This document shows, in pieces, positions 63,638 through 64,000 of a stretch of 64,000 nt of DNA. Under the pieces are notes generated by a model that was not told the DNA's origin, made no database searches, and worked only from the letters and a program-made list of their open reading frames with translations. A program made the position numbers and the translations under genes. Within the stretch, counting starts at the first letter, position 1, and each line of letters opens with the position of its first letter. The DNA is taken from positions 91,046-155,045 of the IMG/VR virus record IMGVR_UViG_3300042565_001021; one strand, 5' to 3'. The stretch is from a virus.

Positions 63638-64000
63638 AACTCCTTGTATGGGTTACCGACGTTGATAACCTTCATTCCCAGTTCCATCCAGCGGCGACAC
63701 ATAACAGGGCGGTCATCAACAACTGCGACCACGTTGTACTTGTGAGCAACATGAGCCCAGAACAGTTCTTCCTTGATCTCGGCGTCCTTGCGCATATCAC
63801 CTGCGGCGCGCATAAACAGCTCGTCGTAGAGGATGTTGAACTTCTTCTCCAGCCAATGTGCTGTATCGTTGCAGCACACCCCGTCGCGTCCAGACATCAC
63901 GATCATCTTGTACCCTGCTCGCTTAAATCCGTTGAACATTTCTGCCACAACAGGATCGAGATCGTCAAGGATAACCTTATCCCATTCGAACGGGCCGCGC
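63634..64000 (-). CDS. Polynucleotide kinase/phosphatase HAD domain (PseT-like); 5' part lies outside the window
   Basis: RGPFEWDKV..D, MSGR, LFMR..GD.RKD..IKEEL, VDDR. Confidence 0.8.
   Translation of the reverse strand, partial: RGPFEWDKVILDDLDPVVAEMFNGFKRAGYKMIVMSGRDGVCCNDTAHWLEKKFNILYDELFMRAAGDMRKDAEIKEELFWAHVAHKYNVVAVVDDRPVMCRRWMELGMKVINVGNPYKEF

Noticed and set aside
425-63665. Numerous opposite-strand ORFs in the track (e.g. 3011..3589, 10732..11208, 24475..25074, 25524..26018, 41215..41754)
   Set aside because: They are shadows of better-supported genes, with no RBS or motifs
1-64000. CRISPR array, tRNA or rRNA genes
   Set aside because: No regularly spaced repeat-spacer series or cloverleaf/T-loop patterns seen by eye; the 14-mer repeats at 26.6 kb are too short and irregular. 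tRNAscan was not run.
1-64000. Genome-wide stop-codon reassignment
   Set aside because: Conserved genes are intact in the standard code, and TAG, TGA and TAA all end genes at sensible positions (e.g. TAG at 32493, 37045, 57358)

Overview
This window is part of a large lytic dsDNA tailed-phage genome with a T4-like regulatory grammar, and most genes lie on the minus strand. Recognisable genes include clpP, clpS, ribosomal protein bS21, a class II (B12-type) ribonucleotide reductase, a DnaB/gp41 helicase, a gp61-like primase, a 195-aa DnaE-like polymerase core, a UvsW-like helicase, a PD-(D/E)xK exonuclease, a SleB-type hydrolase, a PAAR-peptidase fusion and a PNK-type phosphatase. GC-richer early-gene islands (about 5-8 kb and 23-29 kb) sit behind repeated near-consensus sigma70 promoter/RBS cassettes, while late genes follow an (A/C)TAAATA element. 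The bS21 type, the sigma70 promoters and a phasin-like gene with PhaR-like boxes suggest a proteobacterial host (inference). I found no tRNA, rRNA, CRISPR array, reverse transcriptase or integrase. Three recurrent architectures stand out. (1) Six free-standing GIY-YIG/HNH endonuclease genes each carry the same covarying structured leader, bracketed by ATAAATA...TATTTAT. (2) About 18 proteins begin with a T4 capsid-targeting-like N-terminus (MKxxEFIxE), and many are enzymes (GNAT, kinase, nucleotidyltransferase, ART-like, ParB), suggesting a packaged, injected effector set. (3) A tandem array of 14 small paralogues ends in FxxExDAxxFxLRW, and the last codons often double as the next gene's ribosome-binding site. 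All product calls come from motif recognition by eye; no searches were run.
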